DNA from: an uncultured Planctomycetaceae bacterium
GTDB taxonomy: Bacteria; Planctomycetota; Planctomycetia; Isosphaerales; Isosphaeraceae
Direction: 5' to 3'
Assembly (NCBI GenBank): GCA_963833985.1
Contig: CAWIAD010000002.1
Coordinates: forward strand, 6,581,660 to 6,645,659
DNA: 64,000 nucleotides
Below are positions 33,310 to 44,176 of this stretch, piece after piece. Within the stretch, counting starts at the first letter, position 1; each line of letters opens with the position of its first letter. The translations under genes were made by a program, and so were the position numbers. The notes under the pieces are model-generated. The model did no database searches. It worked only from the letters and a program-made list of their open reading frames with translations, and had not been told where the DNA came from.

Positions 33310-36300
33310 ATGGCAACCCTCCCGGACATGCTCGAACCGGAGTTCTCCCCCGCGGAATGCCAGGAGCTCGGGCATCTGGACTATTACAGCCGCAAGCTGG
33401 GCGAGTTGAACGACCGCGGGCTGATCGGTCTGGACGCGTTCCGGACCGCCGTGAAAGAGATCCAGCAAGACCGCGCGGCCATTAGCCGGAAGGGCATCCA
33501 TCGCGGTCAGGTCTCCAGGACACGCAGGCTACTGGCCGATGGCGACTGCGCCGGAGCCAGGACGTGGGCCGCTCAAGCCCGGTCGACCGAGCCGCGTGAA
33601 CGGACGGCGTGGGAGCTGGAAATCAAGGCCTGCGAGCGGCTCGGTCTGGAGGACGAGGCGATCTCGCTGGCCGAAGAGGCGGCCGCGAACTTCCCGGAGA
33701 TGGCGGCCATTGCTGCCCAACTGCTTCGCGCCCGGCAAGCGCACCAGGTCGTAGAGAAACGGCTGGAGCAGCTCAGGCACAACCCAGCGCCCGGGCATCG
33801 ACAACCGGCACCTGCACCGGCGGCCGCACCCGCGACGGCCCCCGGACCTGAACCCGCCGAGACGGTCGCCGACAATTTCCTGGAACCGAGCATCCTGTCC
33901 GAGCGCCCTGCGCGGAAGCCTGAACCCATGGTCGCGGTGCCGTCATGGTCAAGCGTGGCGGGCGAGTTCTTGCAGGTGCACTGGCAGAAGCTGATCCTCT
34001 GCCTGGCCGTGCTGCTGATCGTGGTCAGCTCGACGGTTGGTGCACACCTGCTGCTGGGGGAGCGGCTCTGGGCTCCGCTGGGCAAGTGCTCGCTGGCAAT
34101 GGTGGCCACGCTTCTGTTCGCCGCGCTGGGGGCCGGGCTGGTGCGCTGGGGAGCGGAGCGCGCCGGGCAGATGATGCTGATCACCACGCTGAGCATCGTA
34201 CCGATCCACTTCATGCTGGACGGCGAACTGCGGCTGGTGCTGGAGCCCACGGTCCCGCGGCTCGCCGGCTTCGTCATCCAGGCGGGTGCGCTGCTGGCGC
34301 TGGCACGGGCGATCGCCGCCATGCTGGTGCCCGGCAGGGATGCCTGGCGGCTGGCCCTGCCGCTGGTGCTGATGAGCGCGTTCAACGTCATGTTGGCTCG
34401 CGGAGCGCCCGGCCCCTGGGAGTGGCAGTTCGCGGCGTACCAGATGCCCGCACTGCTCTTCCTGGCCTCGATCGCGGGGCTGCGTGTGCGGACGCCCGCC
34501 CCTTCGGCCGAGGCCAACCGCTGGTTTGGCCACCTGCTGCTGGGATTGCTGGGCTTCACTCTGGCGACGAGCCTGGTACGCTCCGGGGTGTACGCGCTTC
34601 AGCTCCCCCCTGCCCTGCACGCGGTGCCGGTGATGCTCATCGCCGTGGGTAGCGTCACAGGAGCGCGATGGCTTGCGGCGTACGAGCCCGACCCACGCCA
34701 GTTGGCGCTCATGCGCCTGGGCGGCAACGTGCTGGCGGGGCTCGCGTTCGCCCTCGCACTCTCAAGCCCGCCCTCGGCGTCGGCCCTCCAGAGCGGAAAC
34801 ACGCTCGCGGTCGCCGTGCTCGGTCTCTTTCTCTTCGGCGGATCGCTGCGCGCCGACCGCTTGCCCGCCTATGTCTACGTGGCTTTCGCCGCGTTCTTCG
34901 TGGCGTATTTCGCGGCCTACGCCCTGGCACGCGACCTGATCTTGCCTATCGATGGCCCAGCGCGGCAGGTGCTGCTGTGGGCCGGTTCGCTGCCGGCGTC
35001 TTACCGGGCACTCAACGGGCTGGTGTTCAACCTGGCTCTGGGCCTCACGGCGCTCTGGCTCCGAGGACGCTGGAACGACGGGCGGCTGGCGCGACATTGC
35101 CATCGGCTGGGCTTACCTCTCGCGCTGGCGGCCTGCATCCTGAGCCTCGGCAATGCGCAGGCCGCGATCCTCTGCCTGTCGGGATACACCGTCCTCTTCC
35201 TGCTGGGATGCTGGTCCTTCTCGGCGCCCCTGGTCCAGTACCCGGCGATCGCGGCGCTGGCCACGGCCGCCTATTTCGGGTCGACCCTCGTACCCGCCCT
35301 CACGATCATGGACCAGGCGCTCATGGCCGGGGGCATCGCGCTGCTCTGCGCCCTGGTGGTCCTGCTGCTCCGCGGCCGAGATGCCGGGGAAGCGTTCCGG
35401 CTGCCCTGGGCTCACGGCGCCCTTTTGCTTTCCGGGGTGAGCCTGGCTGTGGCCACGGCGATGATGCTGCGGGCCGGCGCCCCATCGTTGCCCGGAGCTC
35501 TCTGCTTCGCGGTCGTGAGCCTGACGGCCTGCTTGCTCACCCTGGATCGCCGGGATGCGTCAATCGCCTTCCTGGCCGTGCTCGCGGCCAACGTGAGTGC
35601 CGGCCTGGCGATCGTCTCCGAAAACACGAGTGCTCGGTGGGGCCTTGGACTCGATCACTACGCGATGCTCGCCTCGGCCGCGGGACTGGTCGAGGTAAGC
35701 CTGGGAACCCGGCTGCGGCAGAGGCGTCACGACGGCTCCTTCGGCCGGAATCCAGGTTGCTATGACGGACCGCTGGAGTTCCTGGGGCTCTTATGGGCGG
35801 TGGGTGTGATCCTGCTGAGCGCCGGCTGCCTGCCCTTGCCGGTAGCCGCCCACAACGCTCCGCGGCTTCTCCATCTCGCCATCGCACTGGCTGGCTGCTC
35901 CGTGGCATGCGCCATCAAAGCATTCCGGACTGACGGGGGAAAATGGCTGGCTCACTTGACGGTCTGGAGCGGCCTGGCCTCGTACCTGGCCGTTGTGCTC
36001 TCGGCCCTGGCGTACCTTGCCGCGCCGCACATCGCGGCCTGCGTGCTGGTGGCACTGGGCGCGGCGAGCTTGCTGCTGCCGGAGATTGCGAAACGGCGAC
36101 GGCCGACCCTGGAGAGGTTTCGCTTCGCGCTGCTGTCCGCGGCCCTGGCGCTGCTGGCCGTCGCCCTGCCCGGCGGCTTCCTGTTCTGGCGTCCGGACGA
36201 TCTGGTCGGCCTGGCGCTGGGGCTGTGCGGGCTGGCTCTGGTGAACATCCAGGAAGAGCTGCCGCAACGGGGACTGGCCCACGCTGCGCTGGTCGCGTTC

Positions 36301-39300
36301 TTCGGCGTCTGGCTCAAGCTCGCCGGCGCGCTGCACCACCTGGTGGTCCCGACCTCGTCACTCTGGCTGGGTCTGTGCCTTGGCACTTACGGCCTGGTGT
36401 TGCTGGGTATGCTCGAGATCATTCGTGTGTGCTCGCGAAGTGATCCGGTGATTCCTTTACAGGTGGACGCGCTCTTCACGTCCGGGCGTTCCGGCCGACC
36501 GCGGGCACGGATCTTCTCTGTGGCGATCCCCGTCTTCGTGGTCGTGGCCAGCTTCGCGGCCGACGCCATGGCCTGGATGAACCTGGAGCGCTGGGCGTGG
36601 AGCGGCCTGATCCTGGTTCTCGTGGCCGGTGGCTTGCTGTGGGCCTCGCGCTTCCTCCGCGAGGCGGTTCTGGTGTATGCGGGGACCTGGCACGCCGTGG
36701 GTGGCGTTGCGTGCCTCTCACTGGCGCTCCGGGACTCACTGATGCTGACGGATTGGTGGGGCGAGGGAGGCCGTCTGGGATGGCTGGCCGTCACGCTCGC
36801 CGTGTCTGCGCTGGCTCTCTGGGCCGCGGCCCTTGCCGCCAGGAAGCTCGGACTCGAGGTCCTCCACGGCATGCCCTGCCTGAACACCGCCCTGGGGCTG
36901 ACCGGACCGGTGTTCGTCCTGGCCTTGTGGGCGCGGCTGCTGGGGAGTGACGGCTTCGAGCTGGCTGCCGCGGCTCTGGTTCTGAATGCCCTGGTTTGCG
37001 GGCTTCTCGCCAAGACCAGGCGCTGGCCGTGGCTGGTCCACGCCGCGGTGGCGTCGTTCCTCACTGCCAGCTACGTGGTCTTGCTGAGTGTGGGCGAGCC
37101 CGATCCCGAGCGGGCCTACGTCCTCGGCCTGAACGCGGTGGTGCACGGCCTGGCGGTCTGGATGCTGGGAGATCTTTACCGGCGGACCGGACGCCCCTGG
37201 CTGCTCCGGTGCACCCGGCCGCTGTTCCACCAGGCCCTGTTGCTCACGGTGCTGGCCATACCGCTGGCCTACCGCTCGACCGTGACGATGAGCCTGGTAG
37301 CGGTCTCGTTCCTCCTCTGCGTCAAGAGCCTGCCCGCGGCGGGCTGGATCTATCCGGCACTCGCCGCTGGTGCTGCCGCGATCTACTTCCCCTGGCTCTC
37401 CCACGTGGGGCACGTCGCGCTGATCGCCGCCTGCCTGGGATTCGCCTATGTGCTCTGGGGGATCGCACTGATCGTACGGCCGGCCAGGCCAGGGCTGATG
37501 AACTGGCTCGGGTTGCAGGCGCTCGATTACGAGCGGCCACTGTTTCATTCGGCCGGAGTTCTCGGCCTTGTCGCGCTGTCACTCAAGTTCGATGGCGGTA
37601 TGGACACGGCCCGGCAGTGGACCGGGCATCCCTGGGTGCCCCTGGCGCTGGCCCCCCTGGCGCTGGGGATGCTGCGCGTCCACCCGCGGCGCCCATTCGT
37701 GCACCTCAGCCTTGGCTTCCTGGTTTGGGCGTGGATCTCCGCAGTGGCTCCCACGCTTGGCGATCCCCATTTTCTGCTGCTAGCGCTGGCCACCATCGCA
37801 CTGGGCCTGAAGCTGGCGGCTCTGCTGTTCCGGCGCAACGAGCAAGCCCTGTCCGATCACCTGGCGCTGGGCGACGTCCTGGTGGGCGAAGTCATCCTGA
37901 GCTGGTGGCTCGTCCTGGGGATACTGGCGGTCATGCTCAGCTCAGCCCTGGTGATCACCGGCATGGCGGGCTCTCTGACCCAGGCGCCGGTGGGGCTCCC
38001 TTTCTCCCAGGGAATCGACTGGTGGGTGGCCGCGGTTGCGATCGCGCTTTGCGGGGCTCTGGTCAGCTTGGCGCGACACGACGACACGGTGGGCCATCTC
38101 ATGCCCGTCGATGGCTTCACAGTGGTCCTGGAGTCGATCGGTGTGATGCTGGTCTGGTGGCTGGGAATCGCGGGCTCTCCGCTCCACGCTTGGGGGTGGG
38201 CCCTCTCCGGTTATCACGCCCTGGCCACCTCTGTGGCCTGCCTGCTTATCGCCGACTGGAACTCGCGGCGCGTCCAGCCGGGCCGGCGACGGCGAGAACA
38301 GACCCTGCTGGCGTCTTTCTTGATGGTGCTCGCGCTCCTGGCAGTGCTGTTCACCCTCGGCCGGGAGAACACGACGACGGTGACGACACTGATTCTCGCG
38401 GCCCTGGCGCTGGGGCTCTGGGCGGTGCGGCAGGAGGAGGTCTGGGCGAGCTACCTGGCCGGTCTCTTCTGGTTGGCCGGGGGACTGACGGCGGGGCTGG
38501 TCCCGGGACGATCCTGGGGCTGGACGGCCCTAGAACCCCGACTGATCAGCGCCGCGGTGGGCGAGGTCGGGGCCATCTTCGTCCTGGCCGCGGTGACGGG
38601 ATGGATGCGCTTGCTGATATCGGTCCGGGAACGCTGCAAACCTGCGCTGGCTTCGTCCGCGAAAAGGTCAGCGCTCGTGCTCCTGCTGGCACTGGAGCGG
38701 GTGGCGTTCGGCGGCTCACTACTCGCGGCCGCCCTGGTGGCCCGGGGTACAAGCCATGTGCCCCCGATCGCCTGGCTCATGCCCGCGAGCGTCGTCACGC
38801 TCCTCTCTCTCTCACTCTTCTACCTATCGCTCACCCGTCGCTGGCAGACGGAGTGGCTGGTTTACCTGGCGCAGGCGTGCCTCGTCGGGGCTTACGTGGA
38901 GTATCGTCTCCCGGCTCCCGCGAGCGCCGCGGTCGATGCCGCGGTGATCCTGCTCTTCGCCTTCGCGGATCTGGGGATGGCTGAAATCATGGAGCGGTTC
39001 CAGTTCCGTCTCTTCATCCGGCCCACGCGGTACGCGGCGCTGGTGCTGCCGGTGCTGCCTTTACTCCGCCTGGTCGAGGCTGGCGGGCTGAACGACGCGA
39101 CGACGTTTCAACTGCTGGCAGCCGGCACGTTCTACGCGGTCGCCTGCGGCACGCTTCAATGGAAGTCGCTGGGTTACGCGGCGGGCGTGCTCTACAACGC
39201 GGCACTCTGGGTGCTCTGGGGACAGATGGGCTGGCAGCTTGCCGACCATACTCAGTTCTACTTCGTTCCAGTGGGGCTTTCCGCCATATCGTTCGCCGAG

Positions 39301-39681
39301 GCGAATCGCCGGGACCTGGGGCGGGTGACCGTGAATACGATCCGCTCGGCGGGGCTGATCACGAACTACCTGGCACTGGCCGCGCCGATCTGGCAGTTTC
39401 GCAGCTTCGGAGACTGGGTGGCGCTCCTGCTGGGATCGCTCCTGGGAGTCTTCGCGGGAATCGGACTGCGGCTCCAGACGTTCGTCTGGCTGGGGCTGGT
39501 CACGTTCCTGGCCGACGTGCTCTACGAACTGGGGCGGCTCAGTCTGGATCACGCCCTGGCGAAGTGGGCGATCATGCTCAGCCTGGGCATCCTGCTGGTG
39601 TTCTTCGTGGCGCTCAACGAGAAACGGCAAATCGTGGCGGCCCTGCGGGGCTGTTTTGACGAGGTTTGCTCCTGGGAGTAA
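33310..39681 (+). CDS. Very large polytopic membrane protein (2123 aa) of unknown function
   Basis: Uninterrupted ORF: soluble helical N-terminus, Pro/Ala linker, then about 1900 aa of successive hydrophobic helices. Confidence 0.85.
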   Translation: MATLPDMLEPEFSPAECQELGHLDYYSRKLGELNDRGLIGLDAFRTAVKEIQQDRAAISRKGIHRGQVSRTRRLLADGDCAGARTWAAQARSTEPRERTAWELEIKACERLGLEDEAISLAEEAAANFPEMAAIAAQLLRARQAHQVVEKRLEQLRHNPAPGHRQPAPAPAAAPATAPGPEPAETVADNFLEPSILSERPARKPEPMVAVPSWSSVAGEFLQVHWQKLILCLAVLLIVVSSTVGAHLLLGERLWAPLGKCSLAMVATLLFAALGAGLVRWGAERAGQMMLITTLSIVPIHFMLDGELRLVLEPTVPRLAGFVIQAGALLALARAIAAMLVPGRDAWRLALPLVLMSAFNVMLARGAPGPWEWQFAAYQMPALLFLASIAGLRVRTPAPSAEANRWFGHLLLGLLGFTLATSLVRSGVYALQLPPALHAVPVMLIAVGSVTGARWLAAYEPDPRQLALMRLGGNVLAGLAFALALSSPPSASALQSGNTLAVAVLGLFLFGGSLRADRLPAYVYVAFAAFFVAYFAAYALARDLILPIDGPARQVLLWAGSLPASYRALNGLVFNLALGLTALWLRGRWNDGRLARHCHRLGLPLALAACILSLGNAQAAILCLSGYTVLFLLGCWSFSAPLVQYPAIAALATAAYFGSTLVPALTIMDQALMAGGIALLCALVVLLLRGRDAGEAFRLPWAHGALLLSGVSLAVATAMMLRAGAPSLPGALCFAVVSLTACLLTLDRRDASIAFLAVLAANVSAGLAIVSENTSARWGLGLDHYAMLASAAGLVEVSLGTRLRQRRHDGSFGRNPGCYDGPLEFLGLLWAVGVILLSAGCLPLPVAAHNAPRLLHLAIALAGCSVACAIKAFRTDGGKWLAHLTVWSGLASYLAVVLSALAYLAAPHIAACVLVALGAASLLLPEIAKRRRPTLERFRFALLSAALALLAVALPGGFLFWRPDDLVGLALGLCGLALVNIQEELPQRGLAHAALVAFFGVWLKLAGALHHLVVPTSSLWLGLCLGTYGLVLLGMLEIIRVCSRSDPVIPLQVDALFTSGRSGRPRARIFSVAIPVFVVVASFAADAMAWMNLERWAWSGLILVLVAGGLLWASRFLREAVLVYAGTWHAVGGVACLSLALRDSLMLTDWWGEGGRLGWLAVTLAVSALALWAAALAARKLGLEVLHGMPCLNTALGLTGPVFVLALWARLLGSDGFELAAAALVLNALVCGLLAKTRRWPWLVHAAVASFLTASYVVLLSVGEPDPERAYVLGLNAVVHGLAVWMLGDLYRRTGRPWLLRCTRPLFHQALLLTVLAIPLAYRSTVTMSLVAVSFLLCVKSLPAAGWIYPALAAGAAAIYFPWLSHVGHVALIAACLGFAYVLWGIALIVRPARPGLMNWLGLQALDYERPLFHSAGVLGLVALSLKFDGGMDTARQWTGHPWVPLALAPLALGMLRVHPRRPFVHLSLGFLVWAWISAVAPTLGDPHFLLLALATIALGLKLAALLFRRNEQALSDHLALGDVLVGEVILSWWLVLGILAVMLSSALVITGMAGSLTQAPVGLPFSQGIDWWVAAVAIALCGALVSLARHDDTVGHLMPVDGFTVVLESIGVMLVWWLGIAGSPLHAWGWALSGYHALATSVACLLIADWNSRRVQPGRRRREQTLLASFLMVLALLAVLFTLGRENTTTVTTLILAALALGLWAVRQEEVWASYLAGLFWLAGGLTAGLVPGRSWGWTALEPRLISAAVGEVGAIFVLAAVTGWMRLLISVRERCKPALASSAKRSALVLLLALERVAFGGSLLAAALVARGTSHVPPIAWLMPASVVTLLSLSLFYLSLTRRWQTEWLVYLAQACLVGAYVEYRLPAPASAAVDAAVILLFAFADLGMAEIMERFQFRLFIRPTRYAALVLPVLPLLRLVEAGGLNDATTFQLLAAGTFYAVACGTLQWKSLGYAAGVLYNAALWVLWGQMGWQLADHTQFYFVPVGLSAISFAEANRRDLGRVTVNTIRSAGLITNYLALAAPIWQFRSFGDWVALLLGSLLGVFAGIGLRLQTFVWLGLVTFLADVLYELGRLSLDHALAKWAIMLSLGILLVFFVALNEKRQIVAALRGCFDEVCSWE

Positions 39682-39791
39682 CGCCAGTCACAGGCCCGCA
39701 TCAAGAAGGCAGCACGGCCCGGCGCCGAGAGCCAGGCTCTCCGCAACGGGCCGTGCCAGGTGCCGGCAGAGAGATGCCGGCCGGGTTGGCT

Positions 39792-40988
39792 TCAGTTGGC
39801 CTTGGGGTTGAGACTTGCGGAGCCGGGCAGCGGGGGCAGCAAGGCCGTGGTCTCCTCGGCCGAGGGAATGAACTTGCCGACGGTCTGGCGTACCTGTTGC
39901 GAGCTGTCGGAACGAGCCATCTCGGCGAGCCTGCGCTTCACGGAGACCGGGGGCGAGGGCTGCGCGGCCAGGGCCTGCGCGGCCATGATCCGCACCGTCT
40001 CGTCCGCATCGTGCGAGAGCCGCAGCAGCCAGACCACCCGATCGATGTCGGTGCGGTTCTTGATCAGGCTGATGACCGAGCAGCGCTGGGCCGGCCTGGG
40101 ACTGACCATCAGACCACCCAGGCTGATCTGCTCGCGAGTGAGGCCGCGAGCCTTGAGCACGGTCGTGGCGGTGTCGCGGATGGTGACGTCAGAATCGTGG
40201 AGCCGTCGCAGCAGCATGTCGTCGGTCAGCAGGTAGGGGCGCTGGGCAAATGACACCAGGGTCTGGCGGCGGACGTCGACGTTGTCGTTGTCCTCGATGT
40301 AGGCGACGGCCGGCGCGGCTGCCGAATCGATCGGCAAGAAGCCCAGGCAGTGGATCGCGCCGATGCGGGTTTGCGGATCGGTGCTGGCCAGGCAGCGGAC
40401 CACCGGCCGGTGCAAGGCCTCTTTCCAGGTGCCCAGGGCGTCTTCCTCGGTGACCAAAAGGGAACGGCCGGGCAGCCAGACCCAGAGCCGGCTGATCTGG
40501 TCCAGGGCCGTGTGGCGGACGTTGCCGTCGGCGTCGTCGAGGCAGGTTGCCAGGATGTCGCGCACGGGCGGCAGCGCGTCGATCCAGCGGGCTGATGTGA
40601 TGTCGGGCGTGAACCGGTCGAGGATACCACAGGCCACGACGGCCGCCGAGGCACGCGCCGGGGGACTGTACTTGAAGAACCCGGTCCGCAGGGCGGCGAG
40701 GGTCACGAGCCAGCGCTCCGCGTCCTCATCATTGACTGCCTGACGCGGCGTTCCGTTTTGGGGGGAGAGCCGCTCCAGGAACACCGCGAGCGCACGGGGG
40801 TCGCCGTCGCGCAGTCCCTGGTCAAGATCCGCAAGGCTACTGGCCTGGCCCAGTGAGACGGCACTGCCTCCGCCGGGACGCATGTCCCGGTGCGTCATGG
40901 CAAAGTAGCCGAAGACCAGCACGGCGGCCACCATGGCACCGCCCAGAATGCCCGCAATCCAAAGCCTCGCTCGACGCCGCTCGGACAT
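39792..40988 (-). CDS. Membrane-anchored HEAT-repeat protein
   Basis: N-terminal TM; repeats LDDADGNVRHTA, LASTDPQTRIGA, LHDSDVTIRDTA and SHDADETVRIMAA; GGGAGG RBS. Confidence 0.8.
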   Translation of the reverse strand: MSERRRARLWIAGILGGAMVAAVLVFGYFAMTHRDMRPGGGSAVSLGQASSLADLDQGLRDGDPRALAVFLERLSPQNGTPRQAVNDEDAERWLVTLAALRTGFFKYSPPARASAAVVACGILDRFTPDITSARWIDALPPVRDILATCLDDADGNVRHTALDQISRLWVWLPGRSLLVTEEDALGTWKEALHRPVVRCLASTDPQTRIGAIHCLGFLPIDSAAAPAVAYIEDNDNVDVRRQTLVSFAQRPYLLTDDMLLRRLHDSDVTIRDTATTVLKARGLTREQISLGGLMVSPRPAQRCSVISLIKNRTDIDRVVWLLRLSHDADETVRIMAAQALAAQPSPPVSVKRRLAEMARSDSSQQVRQTVGKFIPSAEETTALLPPLPGSASLNPKAN

Positions 40989-41419
40989 GGTTGCCTCCCT
41001 GCGAAGGTCTGGAACTTCATCCTTGGTATCACTTGACCGGCCGGAGATCGAGCGCACGTCCCTCCGGCCCTCAAGCGTATCCACCTCGACGGCGGGTGAT
41101 CTTAATGAGAAAGTGATTTCCGGCAAGTCCACTCCCGAAAACATTGGAGTTTTTCGATCCCGCTGCCGAAAGCCCGGACACGAGCAAGGCAATCCTCGAT
41201 GATCAACCCTCGCCGAACGCCTTATTCTCCCCTGGTCTTTGCAATTTGCCTGAATTCTCTGTTCTTACCATGATTGTCGAATTTGCCTGGCTTGTTCAGA
41301 AGAGGGTCAGGAAAGTCGGGGGATCGGCCGATTTTAGAACCGGGAAATCGAGCGCGGCTCGGCCTGGAAGATGGGAGTTTCCGCGCAGGTCGCGGCGAGA
41401 GGCGACGGAGATTTCGAAC

Positions 41420-42274
41420 ATGGGAAGAGCACGAGCCCGGGGTCTCACGCTGCATCGCGGAACGGTTGCGCGACTTCTTTTCGTCGCGGTTGTGCTGCTG
41501 GCGCCGGGCACGGTGGTGCGGGCGGGACTGTCGCGCAAGGTCGATCCCGCGCAGGTGGTGCCGCTCGACCAGATTCCGGCCGAGTTTCGCGAGGGCGTGG
41601 CCGAGGTGATCCGCGATCACACGTTTCATCGCCAGGGTGAGTCCGAGTCGTTCCCCTGCAATCCGGGACTTTATCTCAGCCTGGTCAATGAGCCGGCGCT
41701 GACACTCGGGCTCTGGAAAGACCTCGCCGAGTCACCCGTGCAACTCAGGAGGCTTGGAGCCAACCGCTACCAGGGAGAGGATGGCATGGGGACCACCGCG
41801 ACGTGGGACTTCGTGCTGCGCACGCCACGCCTCCACGTGATGCTCGCGTACCTGAACTACGCCAGCCCGCGCAGCAACGCGCGCATCGATGCGCGGATTG
41901 TGCTCATCCTCCACACGGCCTACTTCCGAGAGCCGAACCACGACACCTACGTCCAGCACGATGTGGAAGCGTTCGTGAAAGTGGATTCGCGGGGCTGGAA
42001 GACGCTGGCACGAACTTTTCGGCCGGTGATCGAGCGGCTCCTCGAAGACCAGATCCGCGAGGCCGGGCAGTTTGTCTCGATCATGAGCAAGCTGGTCGTG
42101 CGCCACCCGAACTGGGCCGTACAGATTGCGGCCGGCCAGCCCCTGCTCGATCACCAGGCACTGGGCCGGTTCCGCGAGCTCGTCGCCCAGAACCGCGTGC
42201 CGGGGGCATCGACGGGCCGCCCCGTGGTCATCGCGAGCTCCGGTGAAGACAGCGCAAACCCAAGTCGCCGATAA
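41420..42274 (+). CDS. Secreted hypothetical protein
   Basis: Signal-peptide-like N-terminus, typical high-GC3 codon usage; no recognised motif. Confidence 0.65.
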   Translation: MGRARARGLTLHRGTVARLLFVAVVLLAPGTVVRAGLSRKVDPAQVVPLDQIPAEFREGVAEVIRDHTFHRQGESESFPCNPGLYLSLVNEPALTLGLWKDLAESPVQLRRLGANRYQGEDGMGTTATWDFVLRTPRLHVMLAYLNYASPRSNARIDARIVLILHTAYFREPNHDTYVQHDVEAFVKVDSRGWKTLARTFRPVIERLLEDQIREAGQFVSIMSKLVVRHPNWAVQIAAGQPLLDHQALGRFRELVAQNRVPGASTGRPVVIASSGEDSANPSRR

Positions 42275-42585
42275 CTTTTCATATTCAAAGATGGCGACCG
42301 GCCGGACGGCCGCAAGCCATGAGCAGCGCTCTCTTGGTCCACTGACGCCCCCGTGGCCGTGCACAGGACCGATGCGAACTATATTGAATATTGCTTCGTT
42401 TTTCGTTGCATCCTCCAGACCCATATCGGCAATACTGATAATAGACCTTGCAGCGGGTCGTGCTTGACCATGAGCGGGCGGAAGGTCCTGGTGAAAGAGC
42501 CCGGGCGGCTCAGGTCCACGAATGCAAAGGGCCGGAATGGGCGGGAACTGCCACCCCGCACCATTTTGCTGGCCCTGAGGGTGCC

Positions 42586-43795
42586 ATGCTGGACAATGCC
42601 ACCTATTTCCAGAAGTTGAAGGGATCGGTGACGCGTATCGCTCGGCACGCGTTTTACCCGGGCAAGGACGAGGCGGTCGAGCTTTGCCTGGAGGAGATCC
42701 AGGACCTGCGGGACACAGGCCGGATCGACCACGAACAGTTCGCAACGCTGCGGGACGTGCTGCTCGGCGACGAGCCGTTCGGCCCCGGCACTGGCGACCC
42801 GCGGGCAACCGACTCTTCCGGTCCCGTCGCGGACCGCAGACGCGTCGCCGTGATGTGCCAGGGCACGGGCAGCCAGGCGGCCTTCACGGCCGGCGTGCTC
42901 CAAGGGCTGCTGGAGCAAGGCAGCAGCGAGATCGAGGTCGTTGCGCTGGCGGGCACGTCGTTCGGATCTCTCTGCGCAGTCCTTGCCTGGGACGGATTAC
43001 TCCGCGGCGGGCCGCGCCAGGCCGTGGAGCAGCTGGAAGGCTTCTGGCGCGACTACTCGTCAGCCTCCGTGGTGGACGCCCTGCTGAACTACTCCGCCCA
43101 GATCGCGCTGCAACTTCGAGCACTCGTGCCGCTTCCGGTTCATGGGCTTCAGGATGTCACGGCCCTGAGTACCGAGCAACTCTGCGGTTTGCTGGGACGT
43201 CGGCTCGATTGGCATGCCACGCGAGCACGGTCACAGGCCGGGGGAGCCGGCTCGACGCAACTCGTGATCGGCACCGCCGATGCAAACGGCACTCTCGACG
43301 TCCAGCGCGGGGCCGAGGTCGACATGGAGACCTTGAAGATCGCAACCCGGGTTCTGCCTTGCCCCGCGGCACTCTCGCGACGTAGGGGCTGTCCTCGCGC
43401 CAGGCTCACCCGTTCGCGAACTGGCCCGGCTCAAGCCGAGTGAGATCTGGCTCATCCAGATCAACAAGGTTGAGGACCGGCGTGCCGGGGCCTTCCCTGT
43501 CTGCGCCGTGGATCCAGTTGAGCTGGCCAGTAGCCAGGTCCTGGAGCAGGAGGTCCGTTTCATCCGATCGATCAACCGGCTGCTGGAGCAAGGCAGGCTG
43601 ATCGGCGGGGATTCTCGGTTCATCGAAATCCATCGGATTGTCATGGAGCATAACCTTGATGATTCGTCCCGGTTTGACCGCAGCGCCGCGTTCTTGAACG
43701 GCCTGATCTCTTATGGCCGCGAGCGCGCCGGCCAGTTCCTCGAGAAACGGGCAGAGCAGCTCTCCAGCCGGGTCGGCGCGGGGCCGCGGCATTGA
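42586..43795 (+). CDS. Patatin-like phospholipase homolog, degenerate, with N-terminal extension (frameshift ~43375)
   Basis: CQGTGSQAAFTAGVL, AGTSFG, KPSEIWLIQIN and SRFDRS. Confidence 0.75.
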
Positions 43796-43960
43796 TCGTG
43801 GCGGTGCAGCGCCGCCCTGGCATTTTTCTAGCCAGGCCAGCAGCACGCCGGTCCGGTCGCGAGTCCCGATGCAGGTGGCCGGGTTCTTGCAGGTTCCCTC
43901 GCGGCGCCGCTCGACATGTTGCATCCCTTTTTTTTGAGCGCTGCGAATCGTGGTTGCACG

Positions 43961-44004
43961 GAGCACGGCCGGCGCCGCATGAGTCGGTGACCGTGCTCTT
44001 TTTT
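43961..44004 (+). terminator. Intrinsic terminator-like hairpin
   Basis: GAGCACGG/CCGTGCTC outer stem plus CCGGC/GTCGG inner stem, followed by T6. Confidence 0.6.
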
Positions 44005-44176
44005 CCGGCTTTTTTTGCGATGCCTTGCGCACCCGCGAACCGATACGATTGTTCAGAAGGGTTGCGCTGGGTCGATGAGGACCGGTCTGCCACTTCCACG
44101 GGTGGCGTGGGGGTCCGGATAATGAAGCCGTGATGGAGCTGGCGGACGCGCTCTGGGCACAAGTTTGTGGTTCCGC

